NCBI GenBank assembly: GCA_963626755.1 | Contig: CAVFXN010000003.1 | Location: forward strand, 1,482 to 65,481 | Reading direction: 5' to 3' | Origin: Bacteroidaceae bacterium | GTDB lineage: Bacteria; Bacillota; Clostridia; Lachnospirales; Lachnospiraceae | DNA: 64,000 nucleotides | Shown: positions 17,848 through 28,515 of the stretch, one piece after another | Layout of the letters: each line of letters starts with the position of its first letter | Position numbering within the stretch: the stretch's first letter is position 1 | Notes under the pieces: model-generated | What the model was told of the DNA's origin: nothing | The model's database searches: none | The model's input: the letters and a program-made list of their open reading frames with translations, nothing else | Position numbers and translations under genes: made by a program

Positions 17848-17886
17848 AAAAAAATCCTTTCGTTTCTTACGGGTGGAAAACAGACT

Positions 17887-19113
17887 TTATTTTTTAAGGG
17901 TAATCTTTATTTTTGCTATGGAATCTACCGTAATATGATCTGGATCTTTCACATGTACACTCACTTCATGTTCACCGGCTCCCAATCCCTGGATATCGAT
18001 CCACGGCGCAAAGTCTTTGACTTCTAATTCCTTTATCACAGAATCCGTTCCTTCGATGCCTATGGTGTATTGATTACTTTTACTGAACTTCACCTTATAA
18101 TGGTTCTTATTATTCTTTACTTTGATATCCGTTTTGGAGAAAGTAAATTGGTGGGAAGATATTTTTTCTATCGTCGCCTTAACCTTGACATCCCGGACTT
18201 CATCATCTGCCAAAATCACCTGGTCCGGAAGGGCTGCCTTGGTGAGATCAATGTCTTTTTCATAATCCTTTTTTCTCCCATCCAGATCCACACTGCCAAG
18301 GGAAACCGAATCCAGTTCATCTAAGACGTCATCCGGTGCTGCAACCACAATCTGCTTCGGTTCATAATCAAAAGAGCTGAGATCATAGCCCGATGCCGGC
18401 TTTCCGGTATAGTCCATCTTGACATCCACCGTCTTCGTCTTCCAAAGCTCCACATAAATTCCTATGGATGATGTGTCAAAATCAATCTGGCTGCTGGTAA
18501 CCTTTTTGCCATTCTCATCATAAAGCTCCGGTTTATCCGTCGATGTGATGTCCTGAGAGATTCCACTGACATCCACCTGTGCCCGGATTTCTTTTACGGT
18601 AGAAAGCAGGGTTTCCGGTCCGCTTACTTTTAAAAGATTCGGTGTACCGATTGCCCGTCCCACTGCATAGCCATCCGCCACCTGCCCTTTTGTGATGATA
18701 TTGACCGGCACACTGATACTGACAACCGTATCCTTTTTGATCTTCATCGTGTTCGTATTCCCCAGCGTGATATCCAGCTGATCGGAATATTTTTTACAGG
18801 TAACATCGATGGGAACTGCATTGACCACCGACAGTTTCGAGAAATCCGCAACCGCCCGGAAATCGGAAATATTCAGGCTACGGACAATACTGTTCTTTCC
18901 TTTTACTGTGATACTCACTTCTTCTCCATCTAAAATTTCATAAGCATATCCCTCCTTGGTCAATGCTTTGGCATTGACGACTTTTACCGGGATATTGCTG
19001 AACCTTTTCGTAACGACCGGGTCATTGACATTCGCCACCAGGAACCAGATCAATATCGCTATGACAACGGAAAGGATTTTCATCCACATCTTGTTATTTC
19101 TCTGCTTTTTCAT
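17887..19113 (-). CDS. cdaR: CdaR/YbbR-domain regulator of diadenylate cyclase
   Basis: N-terminal TM (KILSVVIAILIWFLV) then beta-rich YbbR-like repeats; overlaps the end of cdaA. Start moved to ATG 19113. Confidence 0.85.
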   Translation of the reverse strand: MKKQRNNKMWMKILSVVIAILIWFLVANVNDPVVTKRFSNIPVKVVNAKALTKEGYAYEILDGEEVSITVKGKNSIVRSLNISDFRAVADFSKLSVVNAVPIDVTCKKYSDQLDITLGNTNTMKIKKDTVVSISVPVNIITKGQVADGYAVGRAIGTPNLLKVSGPETLLSTVKEIRAQVDVSGISQDITSTDKPELYDENGKKVTSSQIDFDTSSIGIYVELWKTKTVDVKMDYTGKPASGYDLSSFDYEPKQIVVAAPDDVLDELDSVSLGSVDLDGRKKDYEKDIDLTKAALPDQVILADDEVRDVKVKATIEKISSHQFTFSKTDIKVKNNKNHYKVKFSKSNQYTIGIEGTDSVIKELEVKDFAPWIDIQGLGAGEHEVSVHVKDPDHITVDSIAKIKITLKK

Positions 19114-19990
19114 TCCGCAACAAACCTTTCCATTTTTTGAAAACATCTACATTGTTGGACTCACCAGCTTTCAGCTCCTGGATCTTATCCAGAAGTTCCT
19201 TCTTTTCCAGATCCCGGTAGAGTCGGCCGTCTTTGGCAAGGGATACCGCTCCGGTTTCCTCAGAAACGATAATGGTCAGGCTGTCGGAAACTTCACTGAT
19301 TCCTACCGCTGCCCTGTGTCTGGTTCCAAGCTCCTTGCCAATATCCAGACTGTCTGTCAGGGGGAGATAACAGGTCGCTGAAATAATACGTCCTCCCCGT
19401 ATAATCACCGCCCCATCATGAAGCGGTGTATTATGCTCAAATATATTCACTAAAAGCTGGCTGGATACGATCCCGTCGATCGTGATCCCTGTCCTTACGT
19501 ATTCTCCCAGTGCTACCGTCTGTTCAATGACCATAAGGGCTCCTGTCTTTACTGCACCCATTTCATATGCTGCCCGGACAATCTCGTTAACGATCCGGTC
19601 TGTCAGAAAAAAATCTTTTTCTTCATATTCCCCAAAAGATAACAGGTTACTGAAAATCTTCTTTCTTCCCAGCTGCTCCAGGGCTCTTCTTAATTCCGGC
19701 TGAAAAATAATGATAGCGGCAGTGATGCCGACTCCCAGGGAATTCGAAAGAAGCCAGGATATGGTATTCAACTGAAGAATCGAAGCCACAAGGGCAAACA
19801 ACAACAGGATGATGATCCCTTTAAACAGTGTCCATGCCCTGGTAAGCTGCACCCATTTTAAAACCTGATATACGATCACGCTGATAATGATAATCTCCAG
19901 GACATCAGAAAAGCCGATGGATGGCAAAGACATCCAATATAAATGTTTCTCTATGATTTTTTGAAATTGCCCCACACTCATTAACTGCAT
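19094..19990 (-). CDS. cdaA: Diadenylate cyclase
   Basis: Three TM helices, FQPELRRALE, PLHDGA and GTRHRAA motifs. Confidence 0.95.
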   Translation of the reverse strand: MQLMSVGQFQKIIEKHLYWMSLPSIGFSDVLEIIIISVIVYQVLKWVQLTRAWTLFKGIIILLLFALVASILQLNTISWLLSNSLGVGITAAIIIFQPELRRALEQLGRKKIFSNLLSFGEYEEKDFFLTDRIVNEIVRAAYEMGAVKTGALMVIEQTVALGEYVRTGITIDGIVSSQLLVNIFEHNTPLHDGAVIIRGGRIISATCYLPLTDSLDIGKELGTRHRAAVGISEVSDSLTIIVSEETGAVSLAKDGRLYRDLEKKELLDKIQELKAGESNNVDVFKKWKGLLRNEKAEK

Positions 19991-21045
19991 GATTTGTCAG
20001 CACTCTCCTTCTCTTCTTCCTTTAGCCCACTGTCTGGTGGGTCTTTGTGGATTTCCGTGTCCTCTTCGGCTGCCTCCGTTTTTTCCTCGTCCTCTTCCAT
20101 CAGAATATCCTCCACCTTTCCTACCGAATGAATATTCGTAACGTTCCGGTCTTTTTGGGATACCTTGATCTTTGGTACCGCTTTCACATAATAAAAATAT
20201 TCGTCATCCTCAAAAGAAACTCTCTCGATCCGCGAGATATCCCCGATCCCTCGGAAGAACCGATAGATAAAACAGAGGAAAATGCCCAGGATGATCTCCA
20301 GAAAAACTCTCCAGATCGAATAATTTAATTCAAAAATCAGCCTGCCGGACAGGAGCAGGAGGGACATGGCAATATTGCCCACAAAAATGGACAGCATCCA
20401 CGCTCTTTCATGGAAGATACGGCAAAGTAATGTTGTGATAAAAATAATAAAACTAAAAGTAACCAGCATGACCAGAAGCTGTTTGTCAATCAGCATCAGG
20501 TTTACGACCCGCTGTATTCCCATTCCAAAACTGGAACTGGTAGATGTCGTCAGCAGTGTGCTGACATCTGCCATATATACCGACAAGTAAAAAAGAATAA
20601 TCCCCGCCACGACCGGGATAATACTTGCAAAACCTACCGTCATCCCTAACAGGACTGGAAGAACATATTCGATCTTAAGGGAGAACATGACGGCTGTCAT
20701 AACAATAAGAAACGAGTATTTCCGGTCAACCCGGATAAAGATCAGCCAGCATATCAGGAAAAAGATAAAACATCCCAGGAGAATATCTCCGGATAACTTC
20801 CACAAATTCAGCAGGATCAACACAACAGAAGCAGCATACAAAAAGGAAATCGGCAAAAAAGCCTGTGCTGCCGAGACAACCAGGAAAATGGCCGGTTTAT
20901 TTACTGCTGTATTATATTGAAACATATTCTGGATGATGTTCAGTGCAAAAAAGGAAAAGATCAGCTTGAGCAAAGGCAGAAGGATCTCTGCATGTTTTTT
21001 ATAAAAATATATGATACTTTCTTTTAAATAAACTAATTGTGCCAT
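19981..21045 (-). CDS. Polytopic membrane protein of unknown function
   Basis: Many hydrophobic helices, then FEDDEYFYYVKAVPK and an acidic tail; overlaps the cdaA start. Confidence 0.8.
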   Translation of the reverse strand: MAQLVYLKESIIYFYKKHAEILLPLLKLIFSFFALNIIQNMFQYNTAVNKPAIFLVVSAAQAFLPISFLYAASVVLILLNLWKLSGDILLGCFIFFLICWLIFIRVDRKYSFLIVMTAVMFSLKIEYVLPVLLGMTVGFASIIPVVAGIILFYLSVYMADVSTLLTTSTSSSFGMGIQRVVNLMLIDKQLLVMLVTFSFIIFITTLLCRIFHERAWMLSIFVGNIAMSLLLLSGRLIFELNYSIWRVFLEIILGIFLCFIYRFFRGIGDISRIERVSFEDDEYFYYVKAVPKIKVSQKDRNVTNIHSVGKVEDILMEEDEEKTEAAEEDTEIHKDPPDSGLKEEEKESADKSCS

Positions 21046-21048
21046 AAA

Positions 21049-21453
21049 TTATTTCCTGTCCTCTTTTTCTTTTTGAATATATCTTTTCAGGCAATACAGA
21101 TTGTGATCATATTTTTTTATGTTTTCCTGCATCTCTTTATATTCACGTTTGTAATATTTTCTGGTGACGATCCAATCGATCAGCAGGATAATAAGATAGA
21201 AAGCTGCAATATCCATGAGATATTCCTCAAATGGGAACTTCGTTCCTGCTGTGATAATTTCTGTATAGATCCCAAAGCAGTATAAAACAATTGCAAAAAG
21301 ATAGGCGATGGTAACTGCCAGCATACTTTCTAACTGCTTGATATTGACATAAGTATTTTTATTATAGCGGTGTATCTTCAGGTCTTTCCTTCCACGCCCT
21401 TCCTCATACACTGCGAGCTTTGTCATTAATCTCACTTTTTTAGGGTCAATCAT
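21049..21453 (-). CDS. Small two-TM hypothetical protein
   Basis: MIDPKKVRLMTKLAVYE...; RBS (GGAG) before ATG at 21453; promoter-like TTGTAA-N18-TATACT at 21491-21520. Confidence 0.75.
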   Translation of the reverse strand: MIDPKKVRLMTKLAVYEEGRGRKDLKIHRYNKNTYVNIKQLESMLAVTIAYLFAIVLYCFGIYTEIITAGTKFPFEEYLMDIAAFYLIILLIDWIVTRKYYKREYKEMQENIKKYDHNLYCLKRYIQKEKEDRK

Positions 21454-21597
21454 AGTATAATCTCCATTCTGCCTGCAGGTTTCTTCATTAAGTATAACAT
21501 GAACTTTCTGCCAATTACAACGAAAAATCAAAAAGATATCCGAAAGAATCCCTAACTGTACGAAAATTTATAGGATGGATATGTCTCCGACAAAATG

Positions 21598-21626
21598 AAA
21601 AAAGGAGATGTCGGTTCCACATCTCC
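21598..21626 (-). terminator. greA terminator
   Basis: GGAGATGT/ACATCTCC stem followed by a T run on the minus strand. Confidence 0.8.
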
Positions 21627-21634
21627 CCATTGTT

Positions 21635-22123
21635 TTATATCTCTGCTCTGGATATCTCCAAAATTTTGTAGCTGGAAAATCCGTCCGGACTTTCTACCTG
21701 CACGGTCTCGCCAACCTTGGAGCCGATCAACGCCTTCCCCAGCGGGGATTCATTGGAGATCAGTCCATTGAGAATGTCCGACTCTGTCGAACCGACGATC
21801 TGATATGCCATTTCCTCATCATATTCTGAATCATAAAACTTTACGGTACTTCCAATGCTCACGGTATCTTTGTCATAAGCAGATTCGTCAATGACTTCCG
21901 CATTTTTTATAATCTTTTCCAGCTCATCAATTCTAGCTTCGATCGAACGCTGTTCATCTTTTGCCGCATCATATTCCGCATTCTCCGACAAATCACCCTG
22001 TTCTCTGGCTTCCTTGATCTTCTGGGCAATCTCTTTTCTTTTTACCACTTTCAAATCCTGCAGTTCCTCTTCTAAGGCCTGCATTCCTTTGCTTGTCAGT
22101 ATATGTTTTTTTGCTTCCACCAT
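21635..22123 (-). CDS. greA: Transcription elongation factor GreA
   Basis: AREQGDLSENAEYDAAK and ISNESPLGKAL motifs. Confidence 0.97.
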   Translation of the reverse strand: MVEAKKHILTSKGMQALEEELQDLKVVKRKEIAQKIKEAREQGDLSENAEYDAAKDEQRSIEARIDELEKIIKNAEVIDESAYDKDTVSIGSTVKFYDSEYDEEMAYQIVGSTESDILNGLISNESPLGKALIGSKVGETVQVESPDGFSSYKILEISRAEI

Positions 22124-22160
22124 AATCTACACCTTTCTTTTCTGGTTCATTTAAGATATC

Positions 22161-22189
22161 ATTATAGTCTAAAAAAAATCCCTTGTCAA
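22161..22189 (-). promoter_or_regulatory. Consensus sigma-A promoter of greA
   Basis: Perfect TTGACA-N17-TATAAT overlapping the dusB stop. Confidence 0.85.
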
Positions 22190-23136
22190 TGTGCGAAAAG
22201 CTTCTGAAATTCACAAAATGTTGTGACCTGGTTCACCGCATTCCGCAATCCCGAAGATCCGTGCAGTCCCTTCGTATACCAGGCCGTATGTTTCCTCATC
22301 TCCCGAATTCCCATCTTTTCCCCTTTGTAGCGGACGCTCAATGCCGCATGACGAAGCAGCATGGCGGTTACCTCCGTTTCCTCTGGTCTTTCCGGAATCG
22401 TTTCCCCGGAAAGTGCTGCCCGGATTTCCCGGAAGATCCACGGATTTCCTTTCGCACCACGGGCGACCATCACGCCATCACAGCCGGTGTATTCCCTCAT
22501 GTTTATGACATCTTCCCCACAGAAAATATCCCCGTTTCCTATGACGGGAATCGACACGGTTTCTTTGACTTTGCGGATGATGTCCCAGTCTGCCTTCCCG
22601 GTATAATACTGCACTCTTGTCCGCCCGTGCACTGCTACTGCAGCCGCCCCGTTTTCTTCTAACACCGCAGCAAGTTCCGGGGCATTGGCATCTGTTTCAT
22701 CAAATCCCTTTCTGATTTTGACTGTGACAGGAAGGTCCACTGCCCCGGAAACGGCTTTCACAATCTGCCCGGCCAGTTTCGGATTTTTCATCAGGGCAGA
22801 ACCTTCTTTGTTGTTGACAATTTTGGGAACGGGACAGCCCATATTGATATCAATGAATGCAAATCCCCTGTCCTGTATTTTACGGGCCATCTGCGCCATC
22901 AGTTCCGGTTCCGACCCGAAAATCTGAATTCCGACAGGTTTCTCTTCCTCTTCTAACTGCATCAGTGGGAGCGTGTTTTTGTTTCCGTAATATAACGCTT
23001 TGGCACTGATCATCTCGGTAACCATCACATCGGCTCCCTGCTCTTTACAAAGCAGGCGGAATGGCACATCGGTTATGCCCGCCATCGGTGCTAAAATCAC
23101 CGGAAAATCGGTTCCGTATATTTCTCTGACCGTCAT
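22186..23136 (-). CDS. dusB: tRNA-dihydrouridine synthase
   Basis: LAPMAGITD, DINMGCP, HGRTR and GNGD motifs. Confidence 0.93.
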   Translation of the reverse strand: MTVREIYGTDFPVILAPMAGITDVPFRLLCKEQGADVMVTEMISAKALYYGNKNTLPLMQLEEEEKPVGIQIFGSEPELMAQMARKIQDRGFAFIDINMGCPVPKIVNNKEGSALMKNPKLAGQIVKAVSGAVDLPVTVKIRKGFDETDANAPELAAVLEENGAAAVAVHGRTRVQYYTGKADWDIIRKVKETVSIPVIGNGDIFCGEDVINMREYTGCDGVMVARGAKGNPWIFREIRAALSGETIPERPEETEVTAMLLRHAALSVRYKGEKMGIREMRKHTAWYTKGLHGSSGLRNAVNQVTTFCEFQKLFAH

Positions 23137-23145
23137 CTTTTTCCC

Positions 23146-23913
23146 CTAGTTTTGTTTGGCATACACAAGCTGTAAACCTTTTAATGTTAGATTCGCATCA
23201 TAATAATTGATAAAGCTGGTTTCTTTCGCGATCATCTTCCCGAGGCCGCCCGTAGCCACCACATTAATTCTGCCAAGACCGCTTTCTTCTTTCATTTTCC
23301 GGATGATATATTCGGTCTGTCCGATATATCCGTACACAAGACCGGCCTGCATGCTGGAAACCGTATCCTTTGCCAGAATCTTATCCGGTTTTCTGATTTC
23401 AATTTCCGGAAGCTTAGCCGCCTGCTGCCACAAAGCATTGGCAGAGGTGCGGATTCCCGGAGAGGTGACCCCTCCGATAAACTGCCCATCTTCCGTGATC
23501 AGGTCATAGGTTGTCGCTGTCCCAAAATCGACGACGATCACCGGTCCTCCATACAGTTCATATCCCGCCACGGCATCCACGATCCTGTCCGCTCCCGTTT
23601 CCCGTGGATTTGTCGTTGCGATCCGGATCCCGGTACGGATTCCCGGTCCGACAACAATTGGTGTCAGACTGAAATATTTAATGATCGCACTGGTAAAAGA
23701 GTGCATCACCGCCGGTACAACCGATGAGATAATGACATCGTCCACATCTTCTACATAATACCCCTTGTATTGCAGTGTATTCAGCATAAACACACCGTAT
23801 TCATCCGAGGTACGATTGATCTTCGTCCTCATCCGGAACGTGTCACACAACTTCATTCCCTGAAAAATTCCTATGGTAAAATCTGTATTACCAATATCGA
23901 TTGCCACTAACAT
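23146..23913 (-). CDS. coaX: Type III pantothenate kinase
   Basis: IDIGNT, GADR and VDFGTATT motifs. Confidence 0.95.
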   Translation of the reverse strand: MLVAIDIGNTDFTIGIFQGMKLCDTFRMRTKINRTSDEYGVFMLNTLQYKGYYVEDVDDVIISSVVPAVMHSFTSAIIKYFSLTPIVVGPGIRTGIRIATTNPRETGADRIVDAVAGYELYGGPVIVVDFGTATTYDLITEDGQFIGGVTSPGIRTSANALWQQAAKLPEIEIRKPDKILAKDTVSSMQAGLVYGYIGQTEYIIRKMKEESGLGRINVVATGGLGKMIAKETSFINYYDANLTLKGLQLVYAKQN

Positions 23914-23922
23914 GATACCCTC

Positions 23923-24267
23923 CTACTCCTCTACATCCTCTTGTTTTTCCTGAAGAAAGAACACCCGGAAATATGTCTCCATATTTTCTAACAGTTCCCT
24001 TTTTTCTGTCTGTATCTGTTTTATTTTTAAAGCACTTCCTATCTCATCAAAAAAGAAATCATCTTCCTTTGATTCCACCACCAGATGCAGGGTTCCCTTT
24101 TCATCAAACTCCAGCCGGAGAATCCCGCCTACATCTTCGGTAAAAAGGACACACATGATCTGTAATTCTTCCTTAATCTGTTTGGGAAGGGAATCAAAGT
24201 CCGGGTTCAGATAAAAAATTTTTTCATAACTACTGGAACCGCATACTATGATTTTATCGTCAAACAT
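23923..24267 (-). CDS. Conserved hypothetical protein (DUF6145-like)
   Basis: VCGSSSYEKIFYLNPDF..LP..IKEELQIMCVLFTEDVGG; GGAGGAG RBS before ATG at 24267. Confidence 0.7.
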   Translation of the reverse strand: MFDDKIIVCGSSSYEKIFYLNPDFDSLPKQIKEELQIMCVLFTEDVGGILRLEFDEKGTLHLVVESKEDDFFFDEIGSALKIKQIQTEKRELLENMETYFRVFFLQEKQEDVEE

Positions 24268-24329
24268 CTTTCTCTCCTCCATCGCGTGAACTACCTGATC
24301 ACCCTTGCGTCCGGGTGTCTGTCTTTGTG

Positions 24330-25313
24330 TTATACATAGCCATAAATTCCCCGGACCGATACTTCCCCGGAACAAATCTGCTCTGTCTCTCCCCTGGCAT
24401 TTTGGACAAGAAGCTCTCCTCTCTGGTTAATGCCCAATGCCCGGCAGATTTTTTCTTCCTGTTTTCGGATAATTTTTACTTCCCTGCCTACATTCACCAA
24501 TCTTCGGTTATAATCCTCCAAAAACGGGGTCATATCCAGTGCTTGTAAAAACATATGGTAATTCCGGAAAAACGCTTCTATGATTTTTGCCAAAAGCAGA
24601 TTTCTCTCTACCTTTTTGCCGGTTTCTTTCCGGATCGAAGTAGCCATATCTGAGATCTCTTCTTCAAATTCTGTCCGGTTTACATTGATACCGGCACCGA
24701 TCACCACATAGGCGACACGGTCAATTTCCATATTCATTTCTGTCAGGATGCCGCATATCTTTTTCCCATTTAAAAGGATATCATTCGGCCATTTGATCTG
24801 ACAGGATACCTCCGCCAATTCTTCCACTGCCGCTGCGATCGCTTCCGCTGTCACAAGGGTCAGCATAGAGACGCGGTCAAGAGGGATCTCCGGCCTGAAA
24901 AGCAGGGTAAAAAAAATGTCTTTTCCGGCAGGGGAATCCCAGACCCTTCCCCTTCTTCCTTTTCCATGTGTCTGATGATTCGCCACATAAAGACTTCCAT
25001 CCGGTGCCCCTTTTTCTGCCTGCCTTTTTGCCTCTTCATTCGTGGAATCTATCTGCTCAAAACAGCACAGTTCTCCCGTCAGAATCCCTTCCGGCATACA
25101 TCCGAGCACACTTTCTTTGGTCAGTAAATCAGGACTTTGCAAAAGCCGGTAACCTTTCCGGGTTACCGACTCAATTTCATATCCTTCTTTTTTCAGGCTG
25201 TTCATATATTTCCATACTGCAGTCCGGGAAACGCCCAGTTCATCACAGATTTTCTGTCCGGACACAAAGCCTGACTGCTGTTGTAGAAATTTCAAAATTT
25301 TTTCTTTCATCAT
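24330..25313 (-). CDS. birA: Bifunctional biotin ligase/repressor
   Basis: N-terminal HTH (VSRTAVWK), DSTN, QTHGKGRRGRVW, KWPND and KICGIL motifs. Confidence 0.95.
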   Translation of the reverse strand: MMKEKILKFLQQQSGFVSGQKICDELGVSRTAVWKYMNSLKKEGYEIESVTRKGYRLLQSPDLLTKESVLGCMPEGILTGELCCFEQIDSTNEEAKRQAEKGAPDGSLYVANHQTHGKGRRGRVWDSPAGKDIFFTLLFRPEIPLDRVSMLTLVTAEAIAAAVEELAEVSCQIKWPNDILLNGKKICGILTEMNMEIDRVAYVVIGAGINVNRTEFEEEISDMATSIRKETGKKVERNLLLAKIIEAFFRNYHMFLQALDMTPFLEDYNRRLVNVGREVKIIRKQEEKICRALGINQRGELLVQNARGETEQICSGEVSVRGIYGYV

Positions 25314-26308
25314 CCATTCCGTGATCTTCCCAGTGTTGCTACCATCACTGCTTTGATCGTATGCATTCTGTTTTCTGCCTCATCAAATACGACGGAGTTC
25401 TCTGAGCGGAACACTTCATCTTCTACTTCACGGATATCCAGTCCCAGACGGTCCCTCATATCTCTTGCCACACTGGTTTCAAAATCATGATATGCCGGCA
25501 GACAGTGCATGAACAGACAGTGGTCATTGCCTGTGTCTTTCATCATTTTCTGAGTAACCTTATATGGGGAAAGTGCCTTGACACGAACCGGATATAATTC
25601 TTCGGCTTCTCCCATACTCACCCATATGTCTGTGTAAATGACATCGGATCCCTTGACATCTTCCGGATCATGGGAAATCGTGATCGTCGCACCGCTCTTT
25701 TGGGCAAGTTCCTTAGCAACTTCCAAAACCTTCGGGTCATATGCGGTCTCTTCTGGGCCGACTGCCTTAAAGTCCATTCCCATGATCGCACTGCCGTACA
25801 TGAGTGCATACATCACATTATCACTCAGGTCTCCCACAAAAGTCAGCTTCATATCTTCCAGTTTTTTATCGATATGTTCTTCCATCGTAAGGAAATCCGC
25901 CAGTACCTGGGTCGGATGGTCCACATCGGTCAGTCCGTTCCATACAGGGACGCCGGAATATTTCTGCAAATCCTCCACAATATCCTGGCCAAAGCCACGG
26001 TATTCGATCGCATCGTACATTCTGCCGAAAACTTTTGCCGTATCTTCAATGGATTCCTTTTTGTTCATATGGGAATTGGTCAGATAGGTGACATGTGCCC
26101 CCTCATCTTTTGCCGCCACTTCAAAAGAGCAGCGGGTTCTTGTAGAAGACTTGTCAAAAATCAGCACAATATTTTTCCCTTTTAACTCTTCCCCCAGAAT
26201 TCCTTTTTTCTTTTTTTCTTTCAGCTCATGTGCCAGATCTAGCATATATCGAATTTCTTCTTTATTAAAGTCTAATAATGTTAAAAAACTACGTCCTTTT
26301 AAATCCAT
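25310..26308 (-). CDS. argF: Ornithine carbamoyltransferase
   Basis: STRTR, HPTQ, DIWVSMG and HCLP motifs; start moved to ATG 26308 after a GGAGG RBS. Confidence 0.92.
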   Translation of the reverse strand: MDLKGRSFLTLLDFNKEEIRYMLDLAHELKEKKKKGILGEELKGKNIVLIFDKSSTRTRCSFEVAAKDEGAHVTYLTNSHMNKKESIEDTAKVFGRMYDAIEYRGFGQDIVEDLQKYSGVPVWNGLTDVDHPTQVLADFLTMEEHIDKKLEDMKLTFVGDLSDNVMYALMYGSAIMGMDFKAVGPEETAYDPKVLEVAKELAQKSGATITISHDPEDVKGSDVIYTDIWVSMGEAEELYPVRVKALSPYKVTQKMMKDTGNDHCLFMHCLPAYHDFETSVARDMRDRLGLDIREVEDEVFRSENSVVFDEAENRMHTIKAVMVATLGRSRNG

Positions 26309-26401
26309 ATCCTTTTCCTCCATATATGAAGTTATATCCTTTCGGACTTTCACAGTAAAATTATTAGCAAATTTTTATCTTTCTGTCAAGTCTATTGTGT
26401 A

Positions 26402-28345
26402 TTAATGGGTGACATAATTTGCAATCAGATTATAATCCAGTACTTCTTTACAGGTATCCAGCAGAGTCTGCGCCCTGTCGCTTCCTTTCTGACAGAGCTT
26501 TTTGTTCAGATTTTTCGTGCTTCCATCCAACAGGGAAACCATTCTTCCGTTTTTGACCGTCCCGTCTTTTCCGATGACGAACAAAAAATTATCCTCCCCA
26601 CTCAGGAACGATCCCTTCCCCACATAAGAGATCTGTGACACAAATCCCTCGTTCGTATTGAGCAGATCATGCCCGAAAACATAGGGCTGTCCCGGATCCA
26701 GGTTCATCAGGTTGGCGATCGTCGGCATGATATCAACCTGCCCGCCAACGACATCTACGGTTTTGCTTTCATTGAGCCCTGGTATATGAATCAGGAACGG
26801 CACATGGAGCATTTCATCGTAATCGTACTCTCTCCCAAGGAATTCCGACATCTTCCATTCTACCGAAGCGGTTTCTTTGTTCATTCCCTGATGGTCCCCA
26901 TAGATGGCGATCACCGTATTATCATACATTCCGTTTTCTTTTAAATATTCGATCAGTTTTCCGAAAGCCTCGTCCGTATAACGCACTGTCTGGAGATAAT
27001 TTCCAAACGTCGTCCCCTCATCTTCCTCTTTTAATTTCAGCGTTGCCAGGGAGGAATCCAATTCATAGGGGATATGGTTGGTCAATGTGATCATAAAGCT
27101 AAAAAATGGCTGTTGTTTCTCTTTTAAAATATCCACTGCCTGGCGGAACAGTTCCTTGTCCGTCAGTCCAAAGCCGGATACCTCCGTCACGTCCAGTTCC
27201 TCTTCCGAATAGTAATGCTCAAATCCCTGGTTTTTATACGCTTCGCTCCGGTTCCAGAATGTTTTTACATATCCGTGGAACGCCAGTGAGCTGTATTCTT
27301 TCTCCCGGAACATCCACGGCAGGCCATTGTAGGTATTATCCACATACATTCGGTAACATTCCCTCTCGTCATTGGGATATAAACTGTTTAGTGCAGAAAA
27401 CTCCGCATCACTGGTATTCCCCACGCCGGTATTTGAATAGAAACGGCTGAAATAAAAGGTGTCCTTCTTCAGGAGTTTGTTTAAGTTTGGCGTGATCTCC
27501 TGCCCGTTATAGGTTGCTCCGATAACAAAATTATTGAGAGATTCTGTCTGGATCAGGATCAGGTTTTTCCCTTCGGCCACCCCTTTATACTCTGTCCCGG
27601 AAGATTTCGGTACATTTTCTTTCATTTTCTTTCGGATCTTAGCTTCGTCTGCCTTCCCTCTTTTTAACTTGCCCACTACATTGACAAGGATGTCGTTCGT
27701 ATGGTAAGTAAAATATTCAATATGGTTGACCTGCTGTACAGAACGGTAATTCTGAGGGTTCATTCCGTAATAATACCAGCTGCAGACGGTGCCAATATAT
27801 AAGGCGATATGAAAAAGAATCACCAGCAGCGATTTGCGAAACGAACGGCTCCTCCACACTGTCCCGGCTTTCTTTTTCGTCGAAATTGCAGCAGCAAACG
27901 GCCGAATCATCCCTTTTTTCCCCTGGTTTCTGAGACGGTACCAGTAGATCACAAAGGGATAATCCAGCAGTGTGACCAAACAGAGCGGACTAACTGCCGC
28001 ACCGATCACATTTCCGTCCCCGGCAATCTGACCGAGGCTGGCAAGCTGATACAGTTGGTTCACCGAGGTATATTTCCCGAAATAACTGCTGTATGCTGCA
28101 TCGGCGAGCATGATCAGGGTCAGGAGTGTGTATACAATATAAAATCCATAACGGCGCGCCTTGCTTTCTTTAAAAGAAAACACCTCAAATATACTTACAA
28201 AAAATAAAACAGTCAGAATCGGTGCCTCATAGATTTTCATCATATCAAGCATGTCTGTCTGCCAGTAAAAAAGTATTGTTTTAATGAGAAACATAGGGTA
28301 TACCAGCCAGTAATGCCCTATGATTTTTTTCATGTTCTTTTTCAT
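26402..28345 (-). CDS. ltaS: LTA synthase family protein
   Basis: N-terminal TMs, then a sulfatase-like domain with QTESL, GNTSDAEF (catalytic Thr), NHIPY and YGDH. Confidence 0.85.
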   Translation of the reverse strand: MKKNMKKIIGHYWLVYPMFLIKTILFYWQTDMLDMMKIYEAPILTVLFFVSIFEVFSFKESKARRYGFYIVYTLLTLIMLADAAYSSYFGKYTSVNQLYQLASLGQIAGDGNVIGAAVSPLCLVTLLDYPFVIYWYRLRNQGKKGMIRPFAAAISTKKKAGTVWRSRSFRKSLLVILFHIALYIGTVCSWYYYGMNPQNYRSVQQVNHIEYFTYHTNDILVNVVGKLKRGKADEAKIRKKMKENVPKSSGTEYKGVAEGKNLILIQTESLNNFVIGATYNGQEITPNLNKLLKKDTFYFSRFYSNTGVGNTSDAEFSALNSLYPNDERECYRMYVDNTYNGLPWMFREKEYSSLAFHGYVKTFWNRSEAYKNQGFEHYYSEEELDVTEVSGFGLTDKELFRQAVDILKEKQQPFFSFMITLTNHIPYELDSSLATLKLKEEDEGTTFGNYLQTVRYTDEAFGKLIEYLKENGMYDNTVIAIYGDHQGMNKETASVEWKMSEFLGREYDYDEMLHVPFLIHIPGLNESKTVDVVGGQVDIMPTIANLMNLDPGQPYVFGHDLLNTNEGFVSQISYVGKGSFLSGEDNFLFVIGKDGTVKNGRMVSLLDGSTKNLNKKLCQKGSDRAQTLLDTCKEVLDYNLIANYVTH

Positions 28346-28515
28346 TGTTCCATCGCTTTACCCTTCCTTGGCAAATCCACATTTCCCTACAGATTTACAT
28401 TGCAAATTTATATGACAACTTCACATTGCATTAAGATAGGGAACTGTTTCCAGTCCCCCTTGATCGTATAGTCTATCCTGTTTCTTTTTCCTCTGTGATT
28501 GAAATATGTTTCTTT

